This document shows, piece by piece, positions 40,955-51,222 of a stretch of DNA of 64,000 bases. The stretch is taken from NCBI GenBank assembly GCA_002869265.1, contig PKTH01000036.1:50224-114223 (forward strand), in the 5' to 3' direction. Source of the DNA: Candidatus Parcubacteria bacterium. Lineage in GTDB: Bacteria > Patescibacteriota > Patescibacteriia > Patescibacteriales > BM507. Below the pieces are notes generated by a model. It was given only the letters and a program-made list of their open reading frames with translations, made no database searches and was not told the origin of the DNA. The translations under genes were made by a program, and so were the position numbers. How positions within the stretch are numbered: position 1 is the first letter of the stretch; each line of letters begins with the position of its first letter.

Positions 40955-41536
40955 ATGAAAAATTTCAAAATAAGAGTTGAGGTTTCAGCTAGACACTGCC
41001 ACCTTAATGAAAAAGATTTTAAAAAACTTTTTGGGGCAAAAGCAAAATTGACCCCTATTAAAAAGTTAACTCAAGTAGGTGAGTTCGCCTCAAAAGAGAC
41101 TATTGCCCTTAAAACAAAAAAAGGAGAAATTTCTAGGGTTCGCATAATTGGTCCACTTCGAGACTATAGCCAGGTTGAGCTTTCTGGAACAGATTCTTTT
41201 AGATTAGGGCTAACACCCCCAGTAAGAATGAGTGGCGATCTTAAGTCTAGTGCTCCTGTTACGATAATTGGTCCAAAGGGAAAAGTTAATAAAAGAGATG
41301 TAGTCATAATTGCAAATAGACATATTCACGCAAATCCAGAGCAAGCAAAGAAATTGGGCTTAAAAAATAAACAGATTGTTAGTGCTGAGATTTTGGGAGA
41401 CAGGGCCCTAGTCTTTAAGAAAGTAAAAGTTAAGATTCATGAGAAATATGATTTAAGCATGCATATTGATACAGACGAGGCTAATGCCTGTGGTCTAGAC
41501 ATGAAGAAAGCATTTGCAAAGATTATAAAAAACTAG
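40955..41536 (+). CDS. pduL: PduL-type phosphate acyltransferase
   Basis: VSARHCHL, VRIIGP.R...QVELS.TD, R.SGDL, RHIH, MHIDTDEANA. Confidence 0.95.
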   Translation: MKNFKIRVEVSARHCHLNEKDFKKLFGAKAKLTPIKKLTQVGEFASKETIALKTKKGEISRVRIIGPLRDYSQVELSGTDSFRLGLTPPVRMSGDLKSSAPVTIIGPKGKVNKRDVVIIANRHIHANPEQAKKLGLKNKQIVSAEILGDRALVFKKVKVKIHEKYDLSMHIDTDEANACGLDMKKAFAKIIKN

Positions 41537-41538
41537 AT

Positions 41539-42588
41539 ATGCCAAAAAACATTCTAACAATAAACACAGGTTCTACATCACTTAAATACTCACTTTTTGA
41601 TGAAAATGAGAAGGAGATACAAAGTGGTGTCTTTAGGGATGTGGTTAGTCATAGTGATGTGATTAAAAAGCTTTTAAGGCAACTTAAAAATGTTTCAGAT
41701 ATTTATGCTATTGGGCATAGAATTGTTCATGGTGGAGAACATTTTGTGGAGTCAGTAGCCCTGGATACAGAGTCGATTGATAAATTAAAATCGTTAAATG
41801 ATATTGCCCCATTGCATAATCCATATAATTTATTAGGAGTAAAAATATTTTCTGAATTTCTACCAAATACTCAGCAGGTTGCAGTTTTTGACACGGCCTT
41901 TTTTGCCGACCTACCTGATAGGGCAAAACTTTATGCTATACCCAATGAACTCTCAGAAAAATACAAAATCAAAAAATACGGTTTTCATGGAATATCTCAT
42001 AAGTACTTAACCCAAAGAGTATCTGAAAAACTGGGCAAGCCGGAAAATAAAATAAACCTTATAACCTGTCATCTTGGTGGTGGATGGTCTATTAGCGCGA
42101 TAAAAGGAGGAAAGCCTATAGATACCTCAATGGGATTCACCCCCATAGAGGGCTTAATGATGATGACCAGAGCTGGAGATCTTGGTTCAGGGGTGGTCTT
42201 TGAGCTTTTGCGAGAGGGCCTTGGCACGAGTAGCGATGTAGAGAGGCTTTACGATATTTTGAACAAAGAATCTGGGATTAAAGCAATCTCAGGAGGAATT
42301 GATGACTATCAAACATTATTAAGAGAATTAAATCTTGGTAATACCAAAGCGAAGTTAGCTTTTGATATGGCTATTTATAGAGTATCGAAATATATAGGAG
42401 CGTATTATGTAGCTCTGGCCGGAAAAGTTGATGCTATAGTTTTTTCTGGAAGTATTGGTTCAGGTAATCCTGTAACAAGAAATGAAATACTAAAAAATAT
42501 AAAAGTTTTAGGGAAACTAAAAACATTTGCCATAGAAACAAATGAGGGGCTTTTAATAGCAAGAGAAACTAAGAAAATAGTAAATTAA
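41539..42588 (+). CDS. ackA: Acetate/propionate kinase
   Basis: NTGSTSLK, GHRIVHGG, APLHNP, VFDTAF, YGFHGISH, DTSMGFTP.EGL, TNE. Confidence 0.94.
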   Translation: MPKNILTINTGSTSLKYSLFDENEKEIQSGVFRDVVSHSDVIKKLLRQLKNVSDIYAIGHRIVHGGEHFVESVALDTESIDKLKSLNDIAPLHNPYNLLGVKIFSEFLPNTQQVAVFDTAFFADLPDRAKLYAIPNELSEKYKIKKYGFHGISHKYLTQRVSEKLGKPENKINLITCHLGGGWSISAIKGGKPIDTSMGFTPIEGLMMMTRAGDLGSGVVFELLREGLGTSSDVERLYDILNKESGIKAISGGIDDYQTLLRELNLGNTKAKLAFDMAIYRVSKYIGAYYVALAGKVDAIVFSGSIGSGNPVTRNEILKNIKVLGKLKTFAIETNEGLLIARETKKIVN

Positions 42589-44210
42589 TGATCAGGAAAC
42601 TGCTTTGTAAAATTGATAGTATAAGCATTGCAGCGCTAATGGTAGCGCTCTCTTCTTTGTTAAGTAGATTTTTGGGTATATTCAGAGATCGTATTTTAGG
42701 ATCTGAGTTTGGTTTGGGTGATACATTAGATATTTATTTTGCTGCCTTTAGAGTACCAGACCTTATTTTTAATTTAATTGTTTTGGGCGCTCTGTCCGCG
42801 GGATTTATCCCTGTTTTCTCTCAACTCCTTAAAAAGACAAGTGCTAAATTAAACCACCAAAAAGAAGCCTGGGAGGTCGCAAATATTATTCTAAGCATTT
42901 TAGGACTTTCCTTAATACTTTTGTCCGGTTTTGGTATATTGTTTGCTCCATTTTTAACAAAATTAATTGCTCCAGGTTTTGACCCAGAAAAAATGAGGAT
43001 AACGGCAAATGTGACAAGAATCATGTTTCTTTCACCGATCTTTTTAGGAATTTCAAGTATTTTAGGCGGTGTTCTTCAGTCTTTTAAAAGATTTTTTATA
43101 TATTCATTAGCTCCGATAGTATACAATGTTGGTATTATCTTTGGAGCTCTTTTTTTGGCCCCTGTCTGGGGAGTCTACGGGCTTGCTTATGGCGTGGTTC
43201 TTGGAGCATTCTTTCACATGTTCATACAGGTGCCAACTGTTTATAATTTGGGACTTAGATTTCGATTGAGTTTTAACTTTAAAGATAAAAACGTTCTAAA
43301 GATTGCAACCATGATGTTGCCCAGAACATTAAGTCTGGCTGTTGGTCAGTTTAATCTTTTAGTTATTACAGTTATCGCCTCAACCATGAACAGTGGGTCT
43401 TTGTCTGTTTTTAATTATGCCAATAACTTACAAACTTTTCCTGTTGGAATATTTGGAATATCTTTTGCTATAGCGGCCTTTCCAACGCTTTCCGCTATTG
43501 CCTTCGATAAGAAAAAGCTTGTTTCAAGTTTTTCATCGACCTTCAGAAAGATTTTATTTTTTGTGGTACCCTCGACTATTCTTTTGTTAACCTTGAGAGC
43601 TCAAATTGTTAGAGTTGTTTTTGGTGCTGGTAGCTTTGATTGGCAGGACACACTTTTGACAATGGAGACTTTGAAATATTTTGTTATCTCTCTTTTTGCT
43701 CAAGCAACAATCCCTCTTTTAGTAAGGGTCTTTTATGCTAGACATAATTCCAGTACACCATTTTTTGTGGGCTTGGTTTCTGCTATAATTAACGTCTTTT
43801 TGTCTTTTTATCTAGGGAAAAGAATGGGGGTGGCTGGTCTAGCTTTGGCTTTCTCTATATCAAATATTATTAATTTTGTCTTACTTTGGATTATTCTAAA
43901 ATTAGAAATCGGGTATATGAATGAAATGAGGATTCTAATATCAACCATAAAGTTCTCAATATCAGCCATAGCAGCCGGGCTTACTGTCCAGGGAGCAAAG
44001 CTGATAGTATGGCCATATATAGATATGACAACAACTTTAGGAGTTTTTATTCAAGGCTTTTTTGCAGGCATTTCTGGTCTAACAGTATATATTGCCTACT
44101 CAGCTCTTCTAAAAAGTGAAGAGCTCTTCGATTTTTGGTCTTCTATAAAACGTCGTTTTCATGGTAAAAAGATTGACACCGGTGACCGGGGAGAAGCTAG
44201 AGGGATTTAA
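42588..44210 (+). CDS. murJ: Lipid II flippase MurJ
   Basis: SRFLG.FRD, AAFRVPD, GALSAGFIPVF, FYARH...TP. Confidence 0.96.
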   Translation: MIRKLLCKIDSISIAALMVALSSLLSRFLGIFRDRILGSEFGLGDTLDIYFAAFRVPDLIFNLIVLGALSAGFIPVFSQLLKKTSAKLNHQKEAWEVANIILSILGLSLILLSGFGILFAPFLTKLIAPGFDPEKMRITANVTRIMFLSPIFLGISSILGGVLQSFKRFFIYSLAPIVYNVGIIFGALFLAPVWGVYGLAYGVVLGAFFHMFIQVPTVYNLGLRFRLSFNFKDKNVLKIATMMLPRTLSLAVGQFNLLVITVIASTMNSGSLSVFNYANNLQTFPVGIFGISFAIAAFPTLSAIAFDKKKLVSSFSSTFRKILFFVVPSTILLLTLRAQIVRVVFGAGSFDWQDTLLTMETLKYFVISLFAQATIPLLVRVFYARHNSSTPFFVGLVSAIINVFLSFYLGKRMGVAGLALAFSISNIINFVLLWIILKLEIGYMNEMRILISTIKFSISAIAAGLTVQGAKLIVWPYIDMTTTLGVFIQGFFAGISGLTVYIAYSALLKSEELFDFWSSIKRRFHGKKIDTGDRGEARGI

Positions 44211-44306
44211 TTTACTAGGGCAGTATAAGGACAATGATTAAATTATTTAAAAAGACCATAATTAGAAATATCTTTAAGGTGCCCAATAATAATTGGGTTT
44301 TTTATT

Positions 44307-44933
44307 ATGAGAAAAAAGCTTAGCATACAATCTATTTTTCTTAATCTAATTATTTTATTTTTATTTATAGTAATAATTGTTTTGTTGTATAGATTTTTTG
44401 AATTAAAAAATACATACAACAATATTCTAAATACTAGAATCATCAAACAAGAACAATTTTCCTATAAATACTATATTCACCCCGGTTATTCTCCATATAA
44501 GATTGTAATAGGTGATGTTATTGGCATAGATAAGCCTTCTTACAATTTTGTTGAAGAGCAGGGCAGGGATTCGCCTGAGTCGGCTTTGTTTATTCCAGGA
44601 ATAAACAAAAATTACGACATAATTACAAAAGAAAACTTCCTAGATCTTGCGACAAATGAAAACAATATATTAATTTCAGATAATTTTTGTTCAGATGCTT
44701 GGCAGAAAGAAGCGGGGCTCGAAATCTATCAAGCCGGCAATATAAGCAGAGGACCATTTTGTGGAAGTGAAAAGGAGGTCGTCTTAATTGATAAACTTAT
44801 TAAGCAATATAATCCTGAAAAAATTGATATATATTATTCAAATGATGTTTACCGAGAACTACTTGGTGGATTTTTAGTTTATTTAGACGATCTGGGATTT
44901 AATTATGAATTAATTAAAGTAGATGAAAAATAA
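44307..44933 (+). CDS. Membrane-anchored hypothetical protein
   Basis: N-terminal TM; overlaps the downstream peptidase gene. Confidence 0.7.
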   Translation: MRKKLSIQSIFLNLIILFLFIVIIVLLYRFFELKNTYNNILNTRIIKQEQFSYKYYIHPGYSPYKIVIGDVIGIDKPSYNFVEEQGRDSPESALFIPGINKNYDIITKENFLDLATNENNILISDNFCSDAWQKEAGLEIYQAGNISRGPFCGSEKEVVLIDKLIKQYNPEKIDIYYSNDVYRELLGGFLVYLDDLGFNYELIKVDEK

Positions 44934-45297
44934 ACATAAAATAAAAATAATAATATTTGAATTTATTCTTATTGTGATATTATTGGTCCCGGTTTATCTT
45001 AATTCTTATTCTTTTTTCTTTTTGATAGTATCCGATTCGATGAATCCGCTTATTGTCAAGAATGATATAGTAATCGTGAAAAACAAAAATATAGAGCTAG
45101 AAGATTATTCAGACAAAATAATAGCATTTTTCAATCCCCTAGAGTCAAAAGTGTTTGTTCACAGGGTAGTTAGAGTTGATGGTGAATATTTGATAACCAA
45201 AGGGGATAGTTCTAGCTTTAGTGATGATTATTTGGTTTCAGAGGAATATGTAATTGGCGAGATTATAAAAGTATTTAAAACTTCTAAAATATTTTAG
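44923..45297 (+). CDS. Signal peptidase I, S26B (SipW/SEC11-like)
   Basis: IVSDSMNP, D.VIV, VHRVV, ITKGD, VIG. Confidence 0.8.
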   Translation: MKNKHKIKIIIFEFILIVILLVPVYLNSYSFFFLIVSDSMNPLIVKNDIVIVKNKNIELEDYSDKIIAFFNPLESKVFVHRVVRVDGEYLITKGDSSSFSDDYLVSEEYVIGEIIKVFKTSKIF

Positions 45298-45315
45298 CTA
45301 ATATTAGTTTTAATA

Positions 45316-45344
45316 TTGACAAAAAGATCTATTGGTGTTAATCT
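45316..45344 (+). promoter_or_regulatory. Sigma70 promoter for 45398..46186
   Basis: TTGACA-N17-TAATCT with TG extension. Confidence 0.7.
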
Positions 45345-45397
45345 TTTCTGAGTGAAAATAAATCGATCTTTAATAATATAAAAAGGGGGAAACAGTT

Positions 45398-46186
45398 ATG
45401 AAGGATGATTTGAGAGATATGACTTTTAAGGAGAAGCTTCTTTTAAGTACAGACAAGATGTTCGAAGCAATAGAGAAGCTTTTGGAAATCGTAGAGGCGA
45501 ATGGTGGAGATGCGCTTGAAGTACTTCAAAGGTCCTCTGAACTAGAGATTGAAAATAAAAGTCTCAAGAAGGATTTGTCTAGAGCAGAGGTTTTAGCAAA
45601 AGAACGTGAGGATGAGATTGATCGCTTAAGCGATGAGCTTTACAAAGCTAAACTCCAATTAAGCGAGACAGTTGAATCCGCCCCTCAGGAAGCACTCGAG
45701 AATTCACAAATTGCCGAGGAAAAAAGTGAGACAGAGGAGAATTCCGAAAAGCCAGAGGAAGAGGTGGATCAAGTCAGTAAAGCAGAAGACTGTCCTCAAA
45801 ATGAGGAGAGGCCCAAGAAAAGGAAAATCGGTTTTAATTCTTGGGGTATCCCACTGGATCTATTAGAGAATTCTAAGTTTTCATTAAAAAAGCTTCAAAA
45901 GAAAAGAAGAAGCAAGTCAGAATTGACAAGCTTGTTTAAAGAACATGTTTTCGAGATAGTGTATCAAGATTATGAATATGGGGAAGATGAGGATTTAATT
46001 GTTGAATTCCTTGATCTAAAACCTGAGGACAGGGATAAAGTAATGGAAGAAAGAGTTTTTTCCAGAGTTTTAAATACTGGCGGAAGCCCTGTTTTGGCTG
46101 GCCTCACAAAGATTCTTGAAGAAAAAATACCACAAGAAAATCGCTACAAAAATCTGATTCGTAAATTTGGAGAGTTGATATCTTAA
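45398..46186 (+). CDS. Coiled-coil hypothetical protein
   Basis: SD AAGGGGG; own promoter and terminator. Confidence 0.75.
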   Translation: MKDDLRDMTFKEKLLLSTDKMFEAIEKLLEIVEANGGDALEVLQRSSELEIENKSLKKDLSRAEVLAKEREDEIDRLSDELYKAKLQLSETVESAPQEALENSQIAEEKSETEENSEKPEEEVDQVSKAEDCPQNEERPKKRKIGFNSWGIPLDLLENSKFSLKKLQKKRRSKSELTSLFKEHVFEIVYQDYEYGEDEDLIVEFLDLKPEDRDKVMEERVFSRVLNTGGSPVLAGLTKILEEKIPQENRYKNLIRKFGELIS

Positions 46187-46190
46187 AACA

Positions 46191-46219
46191 GAAGCCGTTA
46201 TTGAAATAACGGCTTTTTT
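46191..46219 (+). terminator. Intrinsic terminator
   Basis: AAGCCGTTATT-GA-AATAACGGCTT followed by a T run. Confidence 0.85.
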
Positions 46220-46301
46220 CTTGCATTTTTATTGTTTTGAAGGTAAAATAAAAAAGATTAAGTGACATTAGGCTTGCTAAAACAAGCCATTTTTTGATTA
46301 T

Positions 46302-48092
46302 ATGAAGGATAAAATTAGAAATTTTTGTATTATTGCCCATATTGACCACGGAAAGTCTACTCTCGCAGACAGAATGCTTGAATTGACAGACACGGTAGAG
46401 AAAAGAAAGATGCAGAATCAGATTTTGGATGGGATGGACATAGAGCGAGAAAGAGGCATTACAATAAAACTACAGCCTGTAAAAATGTCTTATAAAGGTT
46501 ATGATTTGAATTTAATAGACACTCCAGGTCATGTTGATTTTTCATACGAAGTATCTAGATCCTTAGCAGCAGTTGAGGGAGCAATTCTTCTGGTTGATTC
46601 AACTCAGGGGATTCAAGCTCAAACTCTTGCTAATCTATATTTAGCGATTGAGCAGGATCTGAAGATAATTCCAGCAATAAATAAAATAGACTTGCCGGCA
46701 GCTGATATTGAGAAGACGAAAAATGAAATAATAAATTTGTTAGGTTGTGATGAGTCAGAGATTATTAGTGCCTCTGGTAAAACTGGTGCCGGAGTCGAGG
46801 AAATATTAGATAGAGTGGTTGATACGGTTGAATCTCCACGAGGCAATGAGGATAAGCCTGCCAGGGCTTTGATTTTTGATTCAAATTATGATGAGTATAG
46901 AGGGGTGGTAGCTTTTGTTAGAGTAGTTGATGGTTCTATAAAAAAGGGAGAAAAGATTAAATTAATGGCCACGGGAGCAGAAAGCGATGCAATCGATGTT
47001 GGATTTTTTAAGCCGAAATATGTATCTTCAGGGGAGCTAAAAACAGGGGATATCGGCTACATTGTTACGGGCTTTAAGGGGGTAGCTGAGTGTAAAGTAG
47101 GAGATACAATTTCTTTGCAAAAAAGTGTTCAAAACAATGAAGTAGTAGCACTAAAGGGCTATTCTGATGTAAAACCAATGGTTTTTGCTGGAGTCTATCC
47201 TCAGGAGGGTAATGATTATGCAGCTCTACGAGAAGCGATAGGGAAGTTAAAACTAAATGACTCAGCTCTTTCTTATGAACCAGAACAATCCAATGCTCTT
47301 GGTTTTGGTTTTCGTTGTGGTTTTTTAGGGATCCTTCATTTAGAGATTTTTCAAGAGCGCTTACGTCGTGAACACAATATAGAATTGATAGTAACTCTGC
47401 CAAGTGTGGCCTATAAAATTCATAAAAGCAATGGGGAGGAAGAGGTAATCCGGACTCCGCAGAAATTACCAGAGAGAACCAATATTGAATCCATTGAAGA
47501 ACCTTGGGTAAAACTAGACATAATAGTTCCGAAGGAGTTTATTGGAGCTGTGATGAATTTAACTCAGGAAAAAAGGGGGATATATAAAACAACTGAATAT
47601 ATTGATGATTCCAGAGCGGTCGTTCATTATGATATCCCGATGGCAGCTATTTTGACAGATTATTATGATAAACTAAAAAGTGTCAGCTCTGGTTATGCTT
47701 CAATTAATTACGAATACCTTGGCTTCAAGGATGCAGACGTGGTCAAGATGGATATATTGGTGGCAGAAGAAAAAGTAGAAGCTCTAGCTACCATTGTTTA
47801 TGATGACGAGGCTTTTTTGAGAGGGAAAGAGGTTGTCCGAATTTTAAAAGAGAGTTTACCGAGGCAGATGTTTGCAGTTAAATTACAAGCAGCAGTTGGT
47901 TCAAAGGTTGTAGCTGCCGAAAGGTTGAGCGCTATGAAAAAAGATGTGACAGCAAAACTGTATGGTGGAGATGTAAGTAGAAAAAGAAAATTATTAGAAA
48001 AGCAGAAAAAAGGTAAAAAGAAAATGGCTGAAATGGGTCGTGGGAAGGTTGATATTCCGGCTGACACCTTTGTAAAATTACTTAAAAAATAA
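46302..48092 (+). CDS. lepA: Elongation factor 4
   Basis: IRNFCIIAHIDHGKSTLADR, DTPGHVDF, GFRCGFLG, KLYGGD.SRKRKLLEKQK. Confidence 0.99.
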   Translation: MKDKIRNFCIIAHIDHGKSTLADRMLELTDTVEKRKMQNQILDGMDIERERGITIKLQPVKMSYKGYDLNLIDTPGHVDFSYEVSRSLAAVEGAILLVDSTQGIQAQTLANLYLAIEQDLKIIPAINKIDLPAADIEKTKNEIINLLGCDESEIISASGKTGAGVEEILDRVVDTVESPRGNEDKPARALIFDSNYDEYRGVVAFVRVVDGSIKKGEKIKLMATGAESDAIDVGFFKPKYVSSGELKTGDIGYIVTGFKGVAECKVGDTISLQKSVQNNEVVALKGYSDVKPMVFAGVYPQEGNDYAALREAIGKLKLNDSALSYEPEQSNALGFGFRCGFLGILHLEIFQERLRREHNIELIVTLPSVAYKIHKSNGEEEVIRTPQKLPERTNIESIEEPWVKLDIIVPKEFIGAVMNLTQEKRGIYKTTEYIDDSRAVVHYDIPMAAILTDYYDKLKSVSSGYASINYEYLGFKDADVVKMDILVAEEKVEALATIVYDDEAFLRGKEVVRILKESLPRQMFAVKLQAAVGSKVVAAERLSAMKKDVTAKLYGGDVSRKRKLLEKQKKGKKKMAEMGRGKVDIPADTFVKLLKK

Positions 48093-48102
48093 ATTACATA
48101 CT

Positions 48103-48213
48103 ATGGCTAAAAAAAGAAAAAAAATTGTTAAAATTGTTTGGGCAATCTTGAGTATTATGATTATATTCTCAATGGTTGCTTGGTCAGCAAGCATAGCATT
48201 TGTTTCTTTTTAA
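48103..48213 (+). CDS. 36 aa membrane mini-protein (DUF4044/Prli42-like), not in ORF track
   Basis: MAKKRKKIVKIVWAILSIMIIFSMVAWSASIAFVSF; basic N-terminus plus TM, 10 nt after the lepA stop. Confidence 0.7.
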   Translation: MAKKRKKIVKIVWAILSIMIIFSMVAWSASIAFVSF

Positions 48214-48298
48214 CCTCCTAATTCAAATAGAGATACTGCTTACAAGCTAGTATTGTTTTGCTTATAAAAATATAAGTAAAAGTTTGAAAATAAAAAAT

Positions 48299-50011
48299 AT
48301 GAGCAAAAAACAATGGGAGGTTTCTAAAAAGGCTTCAGAAGACTTTTTTAAAGAAAACCCTAAATATGACAGGGTTAGTCTCCAACTCCTCTTCAATAGA
48401 GGAATGAAAACTGAAAAAGAAATAGAGGATTTTATCAATCCTGATTTTTCTTATGACACCCATGACCCATTTCAGTTTAAGGAAATGAATACTGTCGTTG
48501 ATTTGATAATCAAACACATTAAAGAGGGAAATAAAATAACCGTTTACGGTGACTATGATGTTGACGGTGTGACTTCAAGCTCCCTGTTGATAAACACTCT
48601 AAGATCTCTAAAAGGACTAGTGGATGTCTATATACCTGATAGAAGACTTGAAGGCTATGGTATTCATAATGATGCGATTGATCAAATTATCGAAAAAGGT
48701 ACAAAGTTAATAATTTCTGTTGATTGTGGCATTAGAAACAAAGAAGAGGTCGCATATGCAAAAGAAAAAGGTATCGATATTATTATTACCGACCATCATA
48801 CCAGTAGCGAAAAAATAGAAGATTTACCAGACTGCCCTATTATTAATCCAAGAACCCCAGGAGAGACCTACCCATTTAATAAACTCGCTGGGGTGGGAGT
48901 CGCTTTCAAGGTTTCGCAAGCTCTTATTAGCAAGGCTAAAATTGATGATGAAATGAAAGACAGACTTTTAGAGCGAGGGATGGATCTATTTGCTATAGGG
49001 ACAGTAGCTGATTGTGTTGAGTTAGTGGGTGAAAATAGATCGCTTTTAATAAAAGGTCTAGAGATCCTAGACTCTACAAACAGGGTTGGAGTAAGGGAGC
49101 TCATGAACATAGCTAAGATAAACCAAGATAAAAAGATAGAGTCTTGGAACATTGGTTTTCAGATAGCCCCTAGACTAAATGCTGCTGGCAGAATGAAACA
49201 TGCCATTACTGCTTTTAACTTGCTTATTACAGAAGACAGAGCGGAGGCGAAAAAGCTTGCTAGCGAATTGAACAAAAGGAATGTTGAAAGACAGGAGATA
49301 ACAGAAGAGATAATTAACTATATTGAAAAAACTCTTGATCATAGTGATGACATTTTGGTGGCGATTAGCCCAGAAGGAGAGGCTTGGGAAGAAGGGGTTG
49401 TTGGTTTAGTTTCTGGTAGAGTTACAGAAAAATACTATAAACCGTCTCTTATTATTACTAGAACCGAAGAAGGTTTTAAGGGCTCTGGCAGGAGTATTGA
49501 CGAGCTTAATATCCTGGATTTGCTTAAAAAATGTGAAGGAACAATTGAAAAATATGGCGGACACGCCAAGGCCTGTGGTTTTAGTATAAATGAAGACAAG
49601 ATTGAAGAGTTTGTCTCTCAGGTGAAAAAAGAAGCCACCAAGGCTCTTGCCAGCAAAGAGATTAATCCGAAAATTGACGTGGAATTAGAGCTGGACTTAG
49701 ATCTGGTTAATGAAGAGCTGATAAATAAAATTCAGCGTTTTGCCCCATTTGGAGAAGCAAATCCAGCCCCGGTTTTTTTATCTAGAGAAATTAAAGTGAT
49801 GGACAAAATGGGAATGGGAGCGGACGGACAACACCTAAAGATGAAGTTGAAAAATGATAAATCAGGACTTATTAGTGCACTTGGTTTTTGGCAGACAGAA
49901 AAATGGAAAGATATAGAAATTGGTGATACTATAGATATAGTATATACCCTTGAAAATAACGAATTTAATGGCAGGGTAGATCCTCAAATGAGGATAGTTG
50001 ATATAAATTAA
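48299..50011 (+). CDS. recJ: Single-stranded-DNA exonuclease RecJ
   Basis: YGDYDVDG, EGYG, VDCG, TDHH, GTVAD, PRLNAAGR, GSGRS, GGH. Confidence 0.97.
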   Translation: MSKKQWEVSKKASEDFFKENPKYDRVSLQLLFNRGMKTEKEIEDFINPDFSYDTHDPFQFKEMNTVVDLIIKHIKEGNKITVYGDYDVDGVTSSSLLINTLRSLKGLVDVYIPDRRLEGYGIHNDAIDQIIEKGTKLIISVDCGIRNKEEVAYAKEKGIDIIITDHHTSSEKIEDLPDCPIINPRTPGETYPFNKLAGVGVAFKVSQALISKAKIDDEMKDRLLERGMDLFAIGTVADCVELVGENRSLLIKGLEILDSTNRVGVRELMNIAKINQDKKIESWNIGFQIAPRLNAAGRMKHAITAFNLLITEDRAEAKKLASELNKRNVERQEITEEIINYIEKTLDHSDDILVAISPEGEAWEEGVVGLVSGRVTEKYYKPSLIITRTEEGFKGSGRSIDELNILDLLKKCEGTIEKYGGHAKACGFSINEDKIEEFVSQVKKEATKALASKEINPKIDVELELDLDLVNEELINKIQRFAPFGEANPAPVFLSREIKVMDKMGMGADGQHLKMKLKNDKSGLISALGFWQTEKWKDIEIGDTIDIVYTLENNEFNGRVDPQMRIVDIN

Positions 50012-50020
50012 TCTTAGCTT

Positions 50021-50422
50021 ATGAAAATACTTATACATTCTGACGGTGGAGCGAGAGGCAATCCAGGCCCAGCGGGAATTGGTGCAATTTTAAAAAATGA
50101 GAGCGGAGATGTTCTAGCGACCGTTTCAGAATATATAGGTGAGACAACCAACAATCAAGCAGAATACAAAGCAGCAATCGCAGGGATAGAAAAAGCAAGA
50201 GATTTGGGAGCAACTGAGCTCGATATGTTTTTGGATAGTGAACTAGTAGTAAAACAGCTCAATCAAGAATATCGTGTCAAAAACAAGGACTTAGCACCAC
50301 TCTTTGTAAAAATATATAACCTTTCTCAGGGTTTTAAAAAAGTAAGCTACACTCATGTTAGACGCGAGCAAAATAAGGAGGCAGATCAGCTGGCTAACGA
50401 AGCAATGGACAGAGGAAAATAG
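50021..50422 (+). CDS. rnhA: Ribonuclease HI family protein
   Basis: DGGARGNPGPAG, TNNQAEY, DSELVVKQ, HVRRE.NKEAD.LAN. Confidence 0.95.
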   Translation: MKILIHSDGGARGNPGPAGIGAILKNESGDVLATVSEYIGETTNNQAEYKAAIAGIEKARDLGATELDMFLDSELVVKQLNQEYRVKNKDLAPLFVKIYNLSQGFKKVSYTHVRREQNKEADQLANEAMDRGK

Positions 50423-50436
50423 AATATAAATCTATC

Positions 50437-50467
50437 AAAAAGGACTATCAGAAATAGTCCTTTTTTA
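50437..50467. terminator. Bidirectional intrinsic terminator
   Basis: AAAAGGACTAT-N5-ATAGTCCTTTT. Confidence 0.85.
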
Positions 50468-50471
50468 GTTT

Positions 50472-50774
50472 TTATGAGTGAAGATATTTTGGATGTTCAA
50501 CTCGTTCTACACCCAAGACTTTTTCAAACTCTTGTATAAGAGTCTCTGTCTCCGTCCTTGAAGTAAAAACCCCCAGAAAGCATTCATCGTTCGCAAAGTC
50601 GTCGCAGCTTAATGCTAGTTTAATGTCAGAATTCTGTATTACCTCAAGCGCACGATGGCTTACGATGTATATCAATGGTTCTTTGTCGAATCTTTCCCAG
50701 ATAATAACATCATCAATTTTTCTTCCCAGGAGAGCAAAAATTTGTGCTCTTGAGATGGTGGTAGATAGTATCAT
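50472..50774 (-). CDS. Hypothetical protein
   Basis: SD AAGGAGG overlapping the upstream stop. Confidence 0.7.
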   Translation of the reverse strand: MILSTTISRAQIFALLGRKIDDVIIWERFDKEPLIYIVSHRALEVIQNSDIKLALSCDDFANDECFLGVFTSRTETETLIQEFEKVLGVERVEHPKYLHS

Positions 50775-50784
50775 TCAATCCTCC

Positions 50785-51222
50785 TTATTCTTCTGCGTTT
50801 ATAAGTTCAGAGTTACATACTGGGCAAAGTGGTTTGCATATAGTTCGTTTTTTACCCTTTAGAATTTTTTTGTTGTCTCTATCGGGGTTTCTGAGAATGC
50901 TAACGCATTCTTCGCAAATATACTCACTAGTATGGTAATATGAATCTTCGAATTTTCCTGAATGTAGTAACTCAGACATAGCCTGGGCTAAGGCTTCAAA
51001 ACCCTTTATTGGTTTTTCGCTGTCCAGCTTTAAGTTGAGTCTTCTGATGTGGGGAATTACTTTGTCTAGGGCTAAGTCTCGGCTATCTTCTGGGAGAAGA
51101 TTTCTTAAGGCCTCAATGTATGAAAAAGCATTTGGACACTTTTTAGCGATCGACTTCGCTGGATTTCTTAGAGTGAAAGTCCCCTGACATTTTAAGCATT
51201 TATGTTTGGGAAATTTATTCAT
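50785..51222 (-). CDS. Cys-rich hypothetical protein (three CxxC pairs)
   Basis: CLKC, CEEC, CPVC plus two more Cys; SD AGGAG. Confidence 0.75.
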   Translation of the reverse strand: MNKFPKHKCLKCQGTFTLRNPAKSIAKKCPNAFSYIEALRNLLPEDSRDLALDKVIPHIRRLNLKLDSEKPIKGFEALAQAMSELLHSGKFEDSYYHTSEYICEECVSILRNPDRDNKKILKGKKRTICKPLCPVCNSELINAEE

